Source of the DNA: Acidobacteriota bacterium
GTDB lineage: Bacteria; Acidobacteriota; Vicinamibacteria; Vicinamibacterales; SCN-69-37
Assembly: GCA_016716905.1 (NCBI GenBank)
Contig: JADJUS010000022.1
Location: forward strand, 140,053 to 204,052
Length of the DNA: 64,000 nucleotides
Reading direction: 5' to 3'
Of this stretch, positions 21,610-29,407 are shown piece after piece; position 1 is the stretch's first letter; every line of letters begins with the position of its first letter. The notes under the pieces were generated by a model. It did not search any database. It saw only the letters and a list, made by a program, of their open reading frames with translations, and was not told where the DNA came from. Both the position numbers and the translations under genes were made by a program.

Positions 21610-21696
21610 GCGGAAGTGGCGGAATTGGCAGACGCACCAGCTTGAGGGGCTGGCGGTAGCAATATCGTGGGGGTTCGAGTCCCCCCTTCCGCACCA
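21610..21696 (+). tRNA. tRNA-Leu (GAG)
   Basis: Acceptor GCGGAAG/CTTCCGC, anticodon stem CCAGC/GCTGG with loop TTGAGGG, long variable arm, T arm GGGGG-TTCGAGT-CCCCC. CCA is encoded. Confidence 0.9.
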
Positions 21697-21702
21697 ATAT
21701 TG

Positions 21703-21725
21703 GTCTGAGGGCTTCGCCCTCAGAC
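21703..21725 (+). terminator. stem-loop just downstream of tRNA-Leu
   Basis: gtctgagggc-ttc-gccctcagac forms a perfect 10-bp stem. There is no U-tract, so intrinsic terminator function is uncertain. Confidence 0.4.
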
Positions 21726-21883
21726 TCCCTACACACTCACTCGTTCGGCGCTTCGACGCCTCTCTCCGTTCGCGTGGCGCGGCCGCTGACCGCGACCGCG
21801 CTGTGCCACTCGTGTGCCAATCGTGCAGGCCGGCTGGACCGACGGCGGTTGCCGCGACGACACGTGGCCGGTATCCTGCTGTG

Positions 21884-22213
21884 ATGATCCTCGCAAAGGC
21901 CGTTGCCCTGCTCGGCGTGGTGGTGATGTCGGCCGCGCTTTTTCATGGCTTCGCGAACGGTGACTTCTTCGGCGAAGGGCGCCAGCTCGCGGCCATGCCC
22001 TGGGGCATTGTCTCGCTGGTCGATCTCTACACGGGCTTCGTGCTGTTTTCGGGCTGGATCATCTACCGCGAGCGATCCGTGCTCGTCGCCGTGTTATGGA
22101 CGATCGCGATGATGACGCTCGGTTTCTTCGCCGGCAGTCTCTACACGTTCATCGCGCTTCACCGCAGCGGCGGCGACTGGCGGCGCTTCTGGCTGGGCCG
22201 GCACACCTCATGA
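21884..22213 (+). CDS. DUF1475-like small membrane protein
   Basis: Start at ATG 21884 (MILAKAVALLGVVVMSAALFHGFANGDFF...). Three or four TM helices. The family assignment is from memory of the GDF..EG...PWG..SLVDLY pattern. Confidence 0.55.
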   Translation: MILAKAVALLGVVVMSAALFHGFANGDFFGEGRQLAAMPWGIVSLVDLYTGFVLFSGWIIYRERSVLVAVLWTIAMMTLGFFAGSLYTFIALHRSGGDWRRFWLGRHTS

Positions 22214-22516
22214 TGAGCCGCGCTCATTTGCGCTAGCAAGGCCGTCCAGTGCTGCACCAGCGTCAGCGATCGCGCGTTGTCTGAAGCACCGTCGTCGATC
22301 ACCAACTTCTGGCCGTCGGCCGACACGTCGTAGGTCATGCCGCCGCGGATGCCATGGGCGCGGCTCGGTCTTTGCGCCACCCGGCGCTGGCTTCAAGGGA
22401 GCGACCCAGAGGTCGGGGCCGGCGTTCTTGCCATAGCGCTCAAACAGCGCCCGCAACGATCGCCGCTTCGGTCCCAGTGCCATTGGATGGCTTGCCGAAG
22501 AGACTGAATACCCCAT
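22159..22516 (-). pseudogene. frameshifted C-terminal remnant of a PD40/TolB-like beta-propeller protein
   Basis: Two overlapping minus-strand frames read ...GPDLWVAPLKP... and ...MTYDVSADGQKLVIDD...SLTLVQHWTALL. These resemble the last blade and C-terminus of PD40-repeat proteins. No N-terminal body is present. Confidence 0.5.
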
Positions 22517-22561
22517 TGCGGTTGGAACTGAGGCCCTCCAGCTCTGGGGCTGGCCGCGCGA

Positions 22562-23026
22562 TCAGCCGCCGAACTGGCGCAGGTGGTGATCGGTGTGGCG
22601 GTAGCCCCAGATCATCCACTCGTCACGGGACATCGTGCCGAAGAGCGGGTGCGCCGCCGGCACTGATGTTGGGGCGCCAAACGCCCGCAGCAGCGCGATC
22701 GCCCGTGCGCGATCGCCCTCGAAGACGTCGGGCGCCGTGCCACCCTTCTCCGCATCCACCTCCGGCATGGTCTTGACCCCCTTCGGCCAGGTCATCGACG
22801 TATGGAGTGCGATCCACTTCACGACGGTGCGGTTGAACCAGTGGTCTCCGCGCGTGGCGACCGGGCGATGGCCGGTGACGACGAGGAACGCATCGCTCAG
22901 ATGGCACACCATCTGGTGACTCGTCATTCGCCCCCACTGCCGCTCCGATCCGGGCAAGAGCGCGTTGAGGCGTGCGGTCAACGAGTCCACGGCGCCGGGG
23001 TCAGAAAGTTTCGCAAAGGTGGTCAT
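22562..23026 (-). CDS. DinB-superfamily protein (DUF1569-like)
   Basis: Start at ATG 23026 (MTTFAKLSDP...). RQWGRMTSHQMVCHLSDAF and C-terminal HTDHHLRQFG match a four-helix DinB-type His pattern. Confidence 0.6.
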   Translation of the reverse strand: MTTFAKLSDPGAVDSLTARLNALLPGSERQWGRMTSHQMVCHLSDAFLVVTGHRPVATRGDHWFNRTVVKWIALHTSMTWPKGVKTMPEVDAEKGGTAPDVFEGDRARAIALLRAFGAPTSVPAAHPLFGTMSRDEWMIWGYRHTDHHLRQFGG

Positions 23027-23427
23027 CGGGTCCTCGGCGCGGGAATCGAATAGTCCACGTGCGCCTGCGACGGGAATCGTACTTTCGAGCGCCGGCCATC
23101 GGCGACCAGTCGCGCATGGGCTTCGGCCCAGGTCGGCGGCGTCGTGCTGTCCTGATTCCAGTGCGCGGTCGCGGCTTCGTCGCACCATTCCATCAGCTTC
23201 GGCATCGCCACTTTGTGTGCGCCGGAGATCATGTAGCCCCGCATCGCCGCCTCGTCGCGCCAGGTCGTCACGGTCCAGAACGCCAGTCGAGCGTCGTTCA
23301 AGACCTCAGACGTCAGGTTGCCGTCGGCGCCCTTCGACTGCCGCTGCGATCTGGCGGCGTGGAAGAGAAAGGCCGGCAGAAATCGCCATGACCTCAGGCG
23401 CAGGCGTGTCACGGAAACGAATGGCAT
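23023..23427 (-). CDS. hypothetical protein
   Basis: 134-aa ORF with a 4-nt overlap onto the downstream DinB-like gene. No motif assigned confidently; possibly an ABM-like alpha+beta barrel. Confidence 0.45.
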   Translation of the reverse strand: MPFVSVTRLRLRSWRFLPAFLFHAARSQRQSKGADGNLTSEVLNDARLAFWTVTTWRDEAAMRGYMISGAHKVAMPKLMEWCDEAATAHWNQDSTTPPTWAEAHARLVADGRRSKVRFPSQAHVDYSIPAPRTR

Positions 23428-23664
23428 CCAGAAAGTCTAAAACAAATGGCGCCCATCTGTTCGCCGGCGCAGCTGCCTGCGATCGTCGTACCGCGGCCTC
23501 GGTCTCGCGCGTGCGCGAGATCGTGCGTGCGCTGATGGGTGCCGACTGCCTCACGAGACCGAGTTGTTTTTCCCACACACCTCGTTCCGAGCTTCTTCAT
23601 TCGCCACGCGCTGTGCGGGCCGCCCGTGGCACGTGTACTGCAATCTCCTGAACCGGAGGCAAAT

Positions 23665-23907
23665 ATGGCTTTCGCTGACCTGAAGACAGTGGCAACCGAG
23701 AAGATTGACGACCGTGTGCAAGCAGCCAAACGGGTGATTCGACAGCGCACCAACGATCTCGAAGATCTGCGTGATGCCGCCACACTCAAGATCCGGCGCG
23801 CGCCGATTCAGACCGTGGCGATCGCGGCCGGTGCCGGGATCCTGCTGGGATTCGTGATTGGTGCGACACGTGGCCGCGCCCGCGCGAATCGCATCCAGCC
23901 GATGTAG
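23665..23907 (+). CDS. DUF883 (ElaB/YqjD-like) membrane-anchored protein
   Basis: ATG 23665 is preceded by GGAGG. Coiled N-terminal part and a C-terminal TM helix (QTVAIAAGAGILLGFVIG). Confidence 0.65.
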   Translation: MAFADLKTVATEKIDDRVQAAKRVIRQRTNDLEDLRDAATLKIRRAPIQTVAIAAGAGILLGFVIGATRGRARANRIQPM

Positions 23908-23911
23908 GACG

Positions 23912-24232
23912 TTATTGCCCCTGGCCTTCGCCGGCCCGTGGGCCGAAGCCGAAACGGTCGCGCACCGCCCGCCGGAATCGTTCACGTTCCTCCGGTGTGT
24001 AGCGACCGCTGCGTGACGACGACAGGCCGCGCCCGAATCCGCCGAAGAGGATTCGGCACAGGGCGAGCAAGCCCAGCGCCTGCCAGAAGGAGACCTGCGG
24101 CCACCCGAAGAGCGGCGGCATCAGCCAGTTCCAGAGCAGGAGTACAACCTGGCCGCCGACGAAGGCGAACAGCAGCATTCCCAGAATCGCCAGCGGCGCG
24201 ATGAACAGCAACTTCCTCGATCGATGGATCAT
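23912..24232 (-). CDS. small membrane protein co-transcribed with the ECF sigma factor (possible anti-sigma partner)
   Basis: 106-aa ORF starting 10 nt after the sigma-factor stop. Two TM helices and a basic C-terminal tail. No ZAS motif. Confidence 0.45.
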   Translation of the reverse strand: MIHRSRKLLFIAPLAILGMLLFAFVGGQVVLLLWNWLMPPLFGWPQVSFWQALGLLALCRILFGGFGRGLSSSRSGRYTPEERERFRRAVRDRFGFGPRAGEGQGQ

Positions 24233-24242
24233 GGTCGGGTCC

Positions 24243-24827
24243 TCAGTGGTTCGTCAGTTCGTCGTAGATGTCCTGCAACCGCTCGCGCAGTTGGAGGACC
24301 GCGTAGCGCTTGCGTGAGAGCAGCGTGTTCACGCTGATGCCGGTCTCGGCGGCCATTGCCTTGAAGCTGCGGCCGTCGATTTCGTGCGCGACAAACACGT
24401 CGCGCTGTGCGTCCGGCAACTCGTCCACCGCCAGTGCAAGGGCATCGATGAGCGCCTGGCGTGCGAGTAACGCGTCAGGGCCGGCGTCGGGTGAGGGCAG
24501 CAGCTCCTCGAACCGTAGCCACTCGTCGTTCTCATCCCCGTGGCCCGAGGCGGCGCGGCTGGGGAAGGGTTCGGGCTTCTTCTTCCGGAAGAGATCGGTG
24601 ATGCGGTTGCGCGCCACGCGAAACAGCCAGCCCGTGACGTGGTCGATGGGCATCAGCCGCCGGTTCGCCTCGACCAACTCGTAGAAGACGTCCTGGAGAA
24701 TGTCTTCCGCATCGCGCGGGTCCGGCACGCGCCGGCGGATGAATTGGCGAAGCCGCGACTCTTCCCGCGTGACCACGTCGTCGATCCGCCGGTCTTGTTC
24801 AACGGCCATGGGGTGCAGGTGTGTCAC
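24243..24827 (-). CDS. ECF-type RNA polymerase sigma-70 family factor
   Basis: Region 2 (EDILQDVFYELVE, WLFRVARNRITD) and region 4 HTH (SFKAMAAETGISVNTLLSRKRYAVLQLRE). Confidence 0.88.
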   Translation of the reverse strand: MTHLHPMAVEQDRRIDDVVTREESRLRQFIRRRVPDPRDAEDILQDVFYELVEANRRLMPIDHVTGWLFRVARNRITDLFRKKKPEPFPSRAASGHGDENDEWLRFEELLPSPDAGPDALLARQALIDALALAVDELPDAQRDVFVAHEIDGRSFKAMAAETGISVNTLLSRKRYAVLQLRERLQDIYDELTNH

Positions 24828-24951
24828 CAGTCATTCGCCTACAGGTGTAGACGGATGAGACGTGCGGATATTGTAGGGGGCCGCTGCCAGCGCCTCAGCC
24901 CACCCGCAGAGGATCACTGAACCATGGCGTCCAGAAACGCGATGGCGTCAT

Positions 24952-24986
24952 CCTACTTCCCTACTTCCCTACTTCCCTACTTTCCC
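24952..24986. repeat. octamer tandem repeat (CTACTTCC)x4
   Basis: cctacttccctacttccctacttccctactttccc read directly. Lies between the BNR gene stop and the ECF sigma start. Confidence 0.9.
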
Positions 24987-25022
24987 AGCGATCGCCGTGA
25001 CCGCGTCCCAGTAGAACCCCTC

Positions 25023-28001
25023 CTAGCGGCCCCCGTGCTCGGCCATCATCGGGTCGTCACGCACGGTGACCGTGCCCTCGAGCGTCTGCCCGTTCACTCG
25101 CAGGGTGACGCGGTAGGTGCCGGCGCCGGCCGTGCTGTTGCCGATGGGCGAGCCGAACAGCGGGCGCCCGGCCGCCTCGCCGTTGAAGTCGGTCACCAAC
25201 TCCAGGCGCACCCGATTGAGCGCGGCATCGGTGGAGGCGGCCGTCAGCGCCGTGCGCAGCCGGCCGAGCTGCTGGCGCCGGGTGGCATCAGCCACGCGCC
25301 CGTCCAGAAACGCGATGGCCGCGTCGAGACGGGCCGCCATGGCGGCGCGTTCGGCTGCGGTGGTCGGGAACTGGAAGTTCCAGTGCGCGCGATTGATGCC
25401 GGCCTGCGCACCGCCGCCGCCCAGACGCACGGTCGCGATGCGGTCACCGGCAAACTCCGAGACGTTCAGTGTCACCGGGCCTTGCGGCGCTTCGCGCAGC
25501 CAGAAATTGATCGAGGCGCCCGCTGGTGGATTGGCACCGCGAAACAGGAAGTCTTCCTGCATGCGCCCCAGGTCGATCGTCACCCACCTGGTGGCCACCT
25601 CGCTTCGGAACAGGTGCGCGGCCGTGTTCGCCACGGCCGGCGTCATCTGCCGTAGTGGGGTAAGGTCATCCAGAATCCAGATGGCCCGGCCATGGGTGCC
25701 GGCAATCAGGTCTCCGTCACGCGGGTGAATCACCAGATCCAGCACCGCCACGTTGGGCATGCCGCTTGACAGCTTGAACCACGTGGCGCCGCCTTCGGTC
25801 GAGGCGTACACGCCGAACTCCGTGCCCAGAAACAGCAGGTTCGGGTTCACCGGGTCTTCGTTGATGACGTATGACCCGATGCCCTTGGGCAGATTGCCAG
25901 TGATGTTGGTGAACGTGGCGCCAAAGTCGCGTGTCACGAACACATGCGGATCCATGTCGTCGAGCCGATGGTTGTCGAGCACCACGTAGGCCGTGCCGAC
26001 CGCGTGGTGTGAGGGCTCCACGCGGCTGACCCACACCTCGCCGGTGACACCCGGCAGGTTGCTGCGCACATTCGTCCAGCGGGCGCCGCCGTTCCTCGTC
26101 ACCTGCACATTGCCATCGTCAGTGCCCGCCCAGATCAGCGCCGGGTCGAGCGGCGACTCTCGGACGTCGAACACCGTGAAGTGGTTTTCGCCGCCCGTCA
26201 CCTCGCGCGTCAACCCGCCCGAGTTCGACGGATTGCGCAACTCGGCATTATTGGCCGTCAGGTCGGGGCTGATGATGCGCCACGTGTCGCCGCGATCCAC
26301 CGACTTGAACACGTGATTGCCGCCGAAGTACAGCGTGCGCGGGTTGCTGGGCGACATCGTCAGCGGACTGTTCCAGTTGAAGCGGAAGTGCGGCGGCATC
26401 AGCGGCCGGTTGGGTTGCCCATAGCGGAACCAGTGCTCGCCGGGTGCAATCGTGTATCGGATGGGTGTTTCGGTGTAGCCCACGTCGGAGTAATCCGAAA
26501 AATTCAGCACCGTCTCCGGCGTGGGCGTGATGAACGTCGGCTGGCGTGTCTCAACGTTCAGGCGCATCGCAAACCCGACGTGATTCACCATGTAGGTCAC
26601 GCGATAGTCGGTGGGGTCGACCAGGGAGGCAAAGCCGTCGCCTTCACCCAGCCACGTGTTGTGCATGTTGAGGATGCCGCGGGTCTCTCGAGAATTGCTC
26701 GGGCCGCTCCAGATCGCGTTGTCCTGCAGACCGCCGACCACCCAGTACGGGTCGCGCATGTCGACGCCCACCTTGTAGTACTGCCCGATGGCCATGTTGT
26801 CGAACGAGAGAATCGTCTGGCCGTCATCCACCGTCAGGTACGCGCCCTGGTCGGTGGCGGTATAGAAGATCTTCGAGTCGCTGGGCGACATCCAGAAGTC
26901 GTGCTCGTCCCCGCCGCCGCCCCACCATTTGTCGCGCCAGGTGACGCCGCCGTCGAGCGACACCTTGAACTCGCGTCCCACCGAGAAGATGCGCTTCGGG
27001 TTGTTCGGGTCGATGAGCACCTGCCCGTGGTAGAACGGTCGCAGGTGGGTCTTCAGCAGCCACTTCCACGACGCCCCCGCATCCTCGGAGATGTAAATGC
27101 CCGAGCCCGGCGTCTGTGCGCTCGTCGGTCGCGACGGGTCGTACGGGATGTTCTCGTCGGCTTCGTACGCCGCCACGACGATGTCGGGGTTGGCGCGGTG
27201 AATCGAGATATCGATCATGCCCGAGTCGCCGGCCGCCAGGCCGTTGCTCATCCGCTGCCACGTGCGGCCGCCATCGCGCGTCTTGAAGATGCCGCCATTG
27301 GGTCCGCCCGAGTGCATCGTTGCCGGCTGTCGCAGCCGGTGATACATGCCGGCGTACAGGATGTCGGGGTTGCGCGGGTCCATCACGACTTCGGTGGCGC
27401 CCGTGCGTCCGTCGTTGGGCAGGCCGCCCGCCAGTTTCGTCCAGGTGGTGCCGCCGTCAGTGGTCTTGAACAGGCCGCGGTCGCCCGAGTAGCCCCACAG
27501 GTGGCCGGGGGAGGCGGCGTAGGCGATGTCGGGATTGGTCGGGTGCAGCGCGATCTCCGCGATGTGGTGGGTGTTGGCCAGACCGACGTGCCGCCACGTC
27601 TTGCCGGCGTCGATGGTCTTGAACAGCCCGTTGCCCCAGCCGCTCGAGTTGCGGTTGGCCGCCTCACCCGTGCCCACCCAGATGATGTTGGGGTTCGGCT
27701 CGAAGATCGCCACTGAGCCGATCGAGCCGGCGCCCTCGGAGCGGTCGAAGATCGGGTCCCATGTGATGCCGGCATTTTTCGAAAGGAACACGCCGCCCGA
27801 AGCGGACGCCACCACCACGTAGCGGTGATCGGTGGACAGGGCCTCGATGGCGGCGATGCGGCCCGTCATGTTGGCCGGACCGATGTTGCGCCACCGCAGG
27901 TCGCGGGCCAGCGGATGCGTCGCCGCTGGAGCCTGGAACGCACCCAGCGACGCAACTACTCCCAGCCACACCGCCGCACCCCACAACCTGGAAATTCTCA
28001 C
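25023..28001 (-). CDS. secreted sortilin/VPS10-like BNR (Asp-box) repeat beta-propeller protein
   Basis: GTG start 28001 lies 8 nt after AAGGAG (28010-28015). Signal peptide present. About 9 SxDxGxTW-type boxes: SKNAGITW, TIDAGKTW, TTDGGTTW, TRDGGRTW, SEDAGASW, SLDGGVTW, SVDRGDTW, TRNGGARW, STEGGATW. Confidence 0.8.
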   Translation of the reverse strand: MRISRLWGAAVWLGVVASLGAFQAPAATHPLARDLRWRNIGPANMTGRIAAIEALSTDHRYVVVASASGGVFLSKNAGITWDPIFDRSEGAGSIGSVAIFEPNPNIIWVGTGEAANRNSSGWGNGLFKTIDAGKTWRHVGLANTHHIAEIALHPTNPDIAYAASPGHLWGYSGDRGLFKTTDGGTTWTKLAGGLPNDGRTGATEVVMDPRNPDILYAGMYHRLRQPATMHSGGPNGGIFKTRDGGRTWQRMSNGLAAGDSGMIDISIHRANPDIVVAAYEADENIPYDPSRPTSAQTPGSGIYISEDAGASWKWLLKTHLRPFYHGQVLIDPNNPKRIFSVGREFKVSLDGGVTWRDKWWGGGGDEHDFWMSPSDSKIFYTATDQGAYLTVDDGQTILSFDNMAIGQYYKVGVDMRDPYWVVGGLQDNAIWSGPSNSRETRGILNMHNTWLGEGDGFASLVDPTDYRVTYMVNHVGFAMRLNVETRQPTFITPTPETVLNFSDYSDVGYTETPIRYTIAPGEHWFRYGQPNRPLMPPHFRFNWNSPLTMSPSNPRTLYFGGNHVFKSVDRGDTWRIISPDLTANNAELRNPSNSGGLTREVTGGENHFTVFDVRESPLDPALIWAGTDDGNVQVTRNGGARWTNVRSNLPGVTGEVWVSRVEPSHHAVGTAYVVLDNHRLDDMDPHVFVTRDFGATFTNITGNLPKGIGSYVINEDPVNPNLLFLGTEFGVYASTEGGATWFKLSSGMPNVAVLDLVIHPRDGDLIAGTHGRAIWILDDLTPLRQMTPAVANTAAHLFRSEVATRWVTIDLGRMQEDFLFRGANPPAGASINFWLREAPQGPVTLNVSEFAGDRIATVRLGGGGAQAGINRAHWNFQFPTTAAERAAMAARLDAAIAFLDGRVADATRRQQLGRLRTALTAASTDAALNRVRLELVTDFNGEAAGRPLFGSPIGNSTAGAGTYRVTLRVNGQTLEGTVTVRDDPMMAEHGGR

Positions 28002-28020
28002 GTCAACAACTCCTTACCCC

Positions 28021-28060
28021 GGACCCCGGACCCTGGACCCTGGACTCTGGACTCTGGACC
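28021..28060. repeat. heptamer tandem repeat (GGACYCY)x5.7
   Basis: ggacccc ggaccct ggaccct ggactct ggactct ggacc. Abuts the stop codon of the proline-racemase-like gene and lies 5 nt from the SD of the BNR gene. Confidence 0.92.
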
Positions 28061-29124
28061 TACCAAATGTCCCCCACTGTGTACCCGTTCGGGAACGGGT
28101 CTTCCGGATCCACCACATACGAGGCGAATCCCGTGATCCACGCGGTGCCCGTGATGGTGGGCACCACCGCCGTACGCGCCTGCGCGCCGGCGCCAACCGT
28201 GGTTGTGGCGATCAGGCGGCCCGTGAACACCGTGCCCAGGATGCCCTCGTGGCGGAAGTCTTCGTGCAGGCCCAGCTGACCCTTCGCGTGCAGGATTGCC
28301 ATTTTTGCCGACGTGCCCGTGCCGCAGGGTGAGCGATCGATGACGCCCGTCCACGTGGAGGGTTTGTTCCAGTCGAGGATGCCGGTGGACACCGTCACGG
28401 CGTTACGGCACGAGTTGGCCGGGTCGTGCGGCGGGCCTGACAGCTGGCCGATGGTGATGCCGGCAAACCCAGGTTGGTCCGGGTGGACGACGGGCAGTTG
28501 TTCGGCGGCCGCGGCCTCGATCATCTCGGTCGTGCGGGTGATGTCGCGTCCTTCGTCGGGCGTCAGCCGGAAGCCGAACTGTGCCGCATCGGCAATCACG
28601 TAGAACATGCCGCCGTAGGCGACGTCGACGGTCACCGTGCCCAGTTGTGGCACTTCGATGGGCTGGTCCAGGTGGGTGGCAAACGCCGGGACGTTGGTGA
28701 ACGTGACCCCACGCACTTTGCCGTTGCGGCACTCCGCGTGGACCCGGATCAGGCCCGCCGGCGATTCCAGCACCACGTCGGTGGTGGGTTCGGTCATCGG
28801 CAGCATGCCTGTTTCGAGCAGGGTGGTCACCACGCAGATCGTGTTTGTGCCCGACATGCCGGGGTATTCGACCTGTTCCATGATGACGAAGCCGGCCTGG
28901 GCTTCGGCGTGGGTGGTGGGCAGGATCAGGTTGCAGTTGGCGGCCGGGTAGCCGCGTGGTTCGCGCAGCATCCGCAGCCGCAGGTCGTCGCCGTGTGTCT
29001 GCAGCCACGTCATCTTCTCGAACATCGTCGTGCCCGGCACGTCGAGCACGCCGCCGACGATGACGCGTCCGGGTTCGCCGGCCGCATGCAGGTCGACGGC
29101 CTGTATCATCCGGTTCAGTCGCAT
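28060..29124 (-). CDS. proline racemase family protein (hydroxyproline epimerase/dehydratase-like)
   Basis: AVDLHAAGEPGRVIVGG and DRSPCGTGTSAKMA (second catalytic Cys). The first catalytic position reads GMSGTN, with Ser instead of Cys. Confidence 0.85.
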   Translation of the reverse strand: MRLNRMIQAVDLHAAGEPGRVIVGGVLDVPGTTMFEKMTWLQTHGDDLRLRMLREPRGYPAANCNLILPTTHAEAQAGFVIMEQVEYPGMSGTNTICVVTTLLETGMLPMTEPTTDVVLESPAGLIRVHAECRNGKVRGVTFTNVPAFATHLDQPIEVPQLGTVTVDVAYGGMFYVIADAAQFGFRLTPDEGRDITRTTEMIEAAAAEQLPVVHPDQPGFAGITIGQLSGPPHDPANSCRNAVTVSTGILDWNKPSTWTGVIDRSPCGTGTSAKMAILHAKGQLGLHEDFRHEGILGTVFTGRLIATTTVGAGAQARTAVVPTITGTAWITGFASYVVDPEDPFPNGYTVGDIW

Positions 29125-29247
29125 ACGCGCATTGTAGCCACAGCCCCGGTCTGCGGGACCGGCTTCGGCCGCAGCACGATTGGGACCAACGCGCGCTCAG
29201 CCAGCTTGCCAAGATCCGGTTGCGCCCGTAGAATCACGTCAGGATCT

Positions 29248-29275
29248 GTGGGGGTTCGAGTCTCCCCTTCCGCAC
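29248..29275 (+). other. tRNA-Leu 3'-end fragment (T arm plus acceptor), a possible relic att site
   Basis: gtgggggttcgagtctccccttccgcac matches tRNA-Leu 21667-21694 at 27 of 28 positions. Weaker similarity extends into the flanks (cgtag.aat upstream, attgg downstream). There is no 5' half. Confidence 0.75.
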
Positions 29276-29407
29276 TATTATTGGATCGCCGGGGGACCCT
29301 GCACCCCGGCTAGCTCCACGGCCCTCCGCGCGGACGCTCTGGGCCGCTCCGCAGGGCATCCCTGTTGGAACGCCGAGGCACAGAACCGCAACTAGCTTCC
29401 GCGAACC

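Noticed and set aside
21697-29247. Integrase, excisionase or transposase inside the tRNA-bounded segment
   Set aside because: All ORFs were read on both strands. None shows tyrosine-recombinase (R..H..R..Y) or DDE-type patterns, so the island hypothesis rests only on the repeat and the gene content.
29160-29284. A second complete tRNA-Leu gene
   Set aside because: Only the T arm and 3' acceptor strand are present. No complementary 5' acceptor (GCGGAAG), D arm or anticodon arm lies upstream, and the 3' end reads ACTA rather than ACCA.
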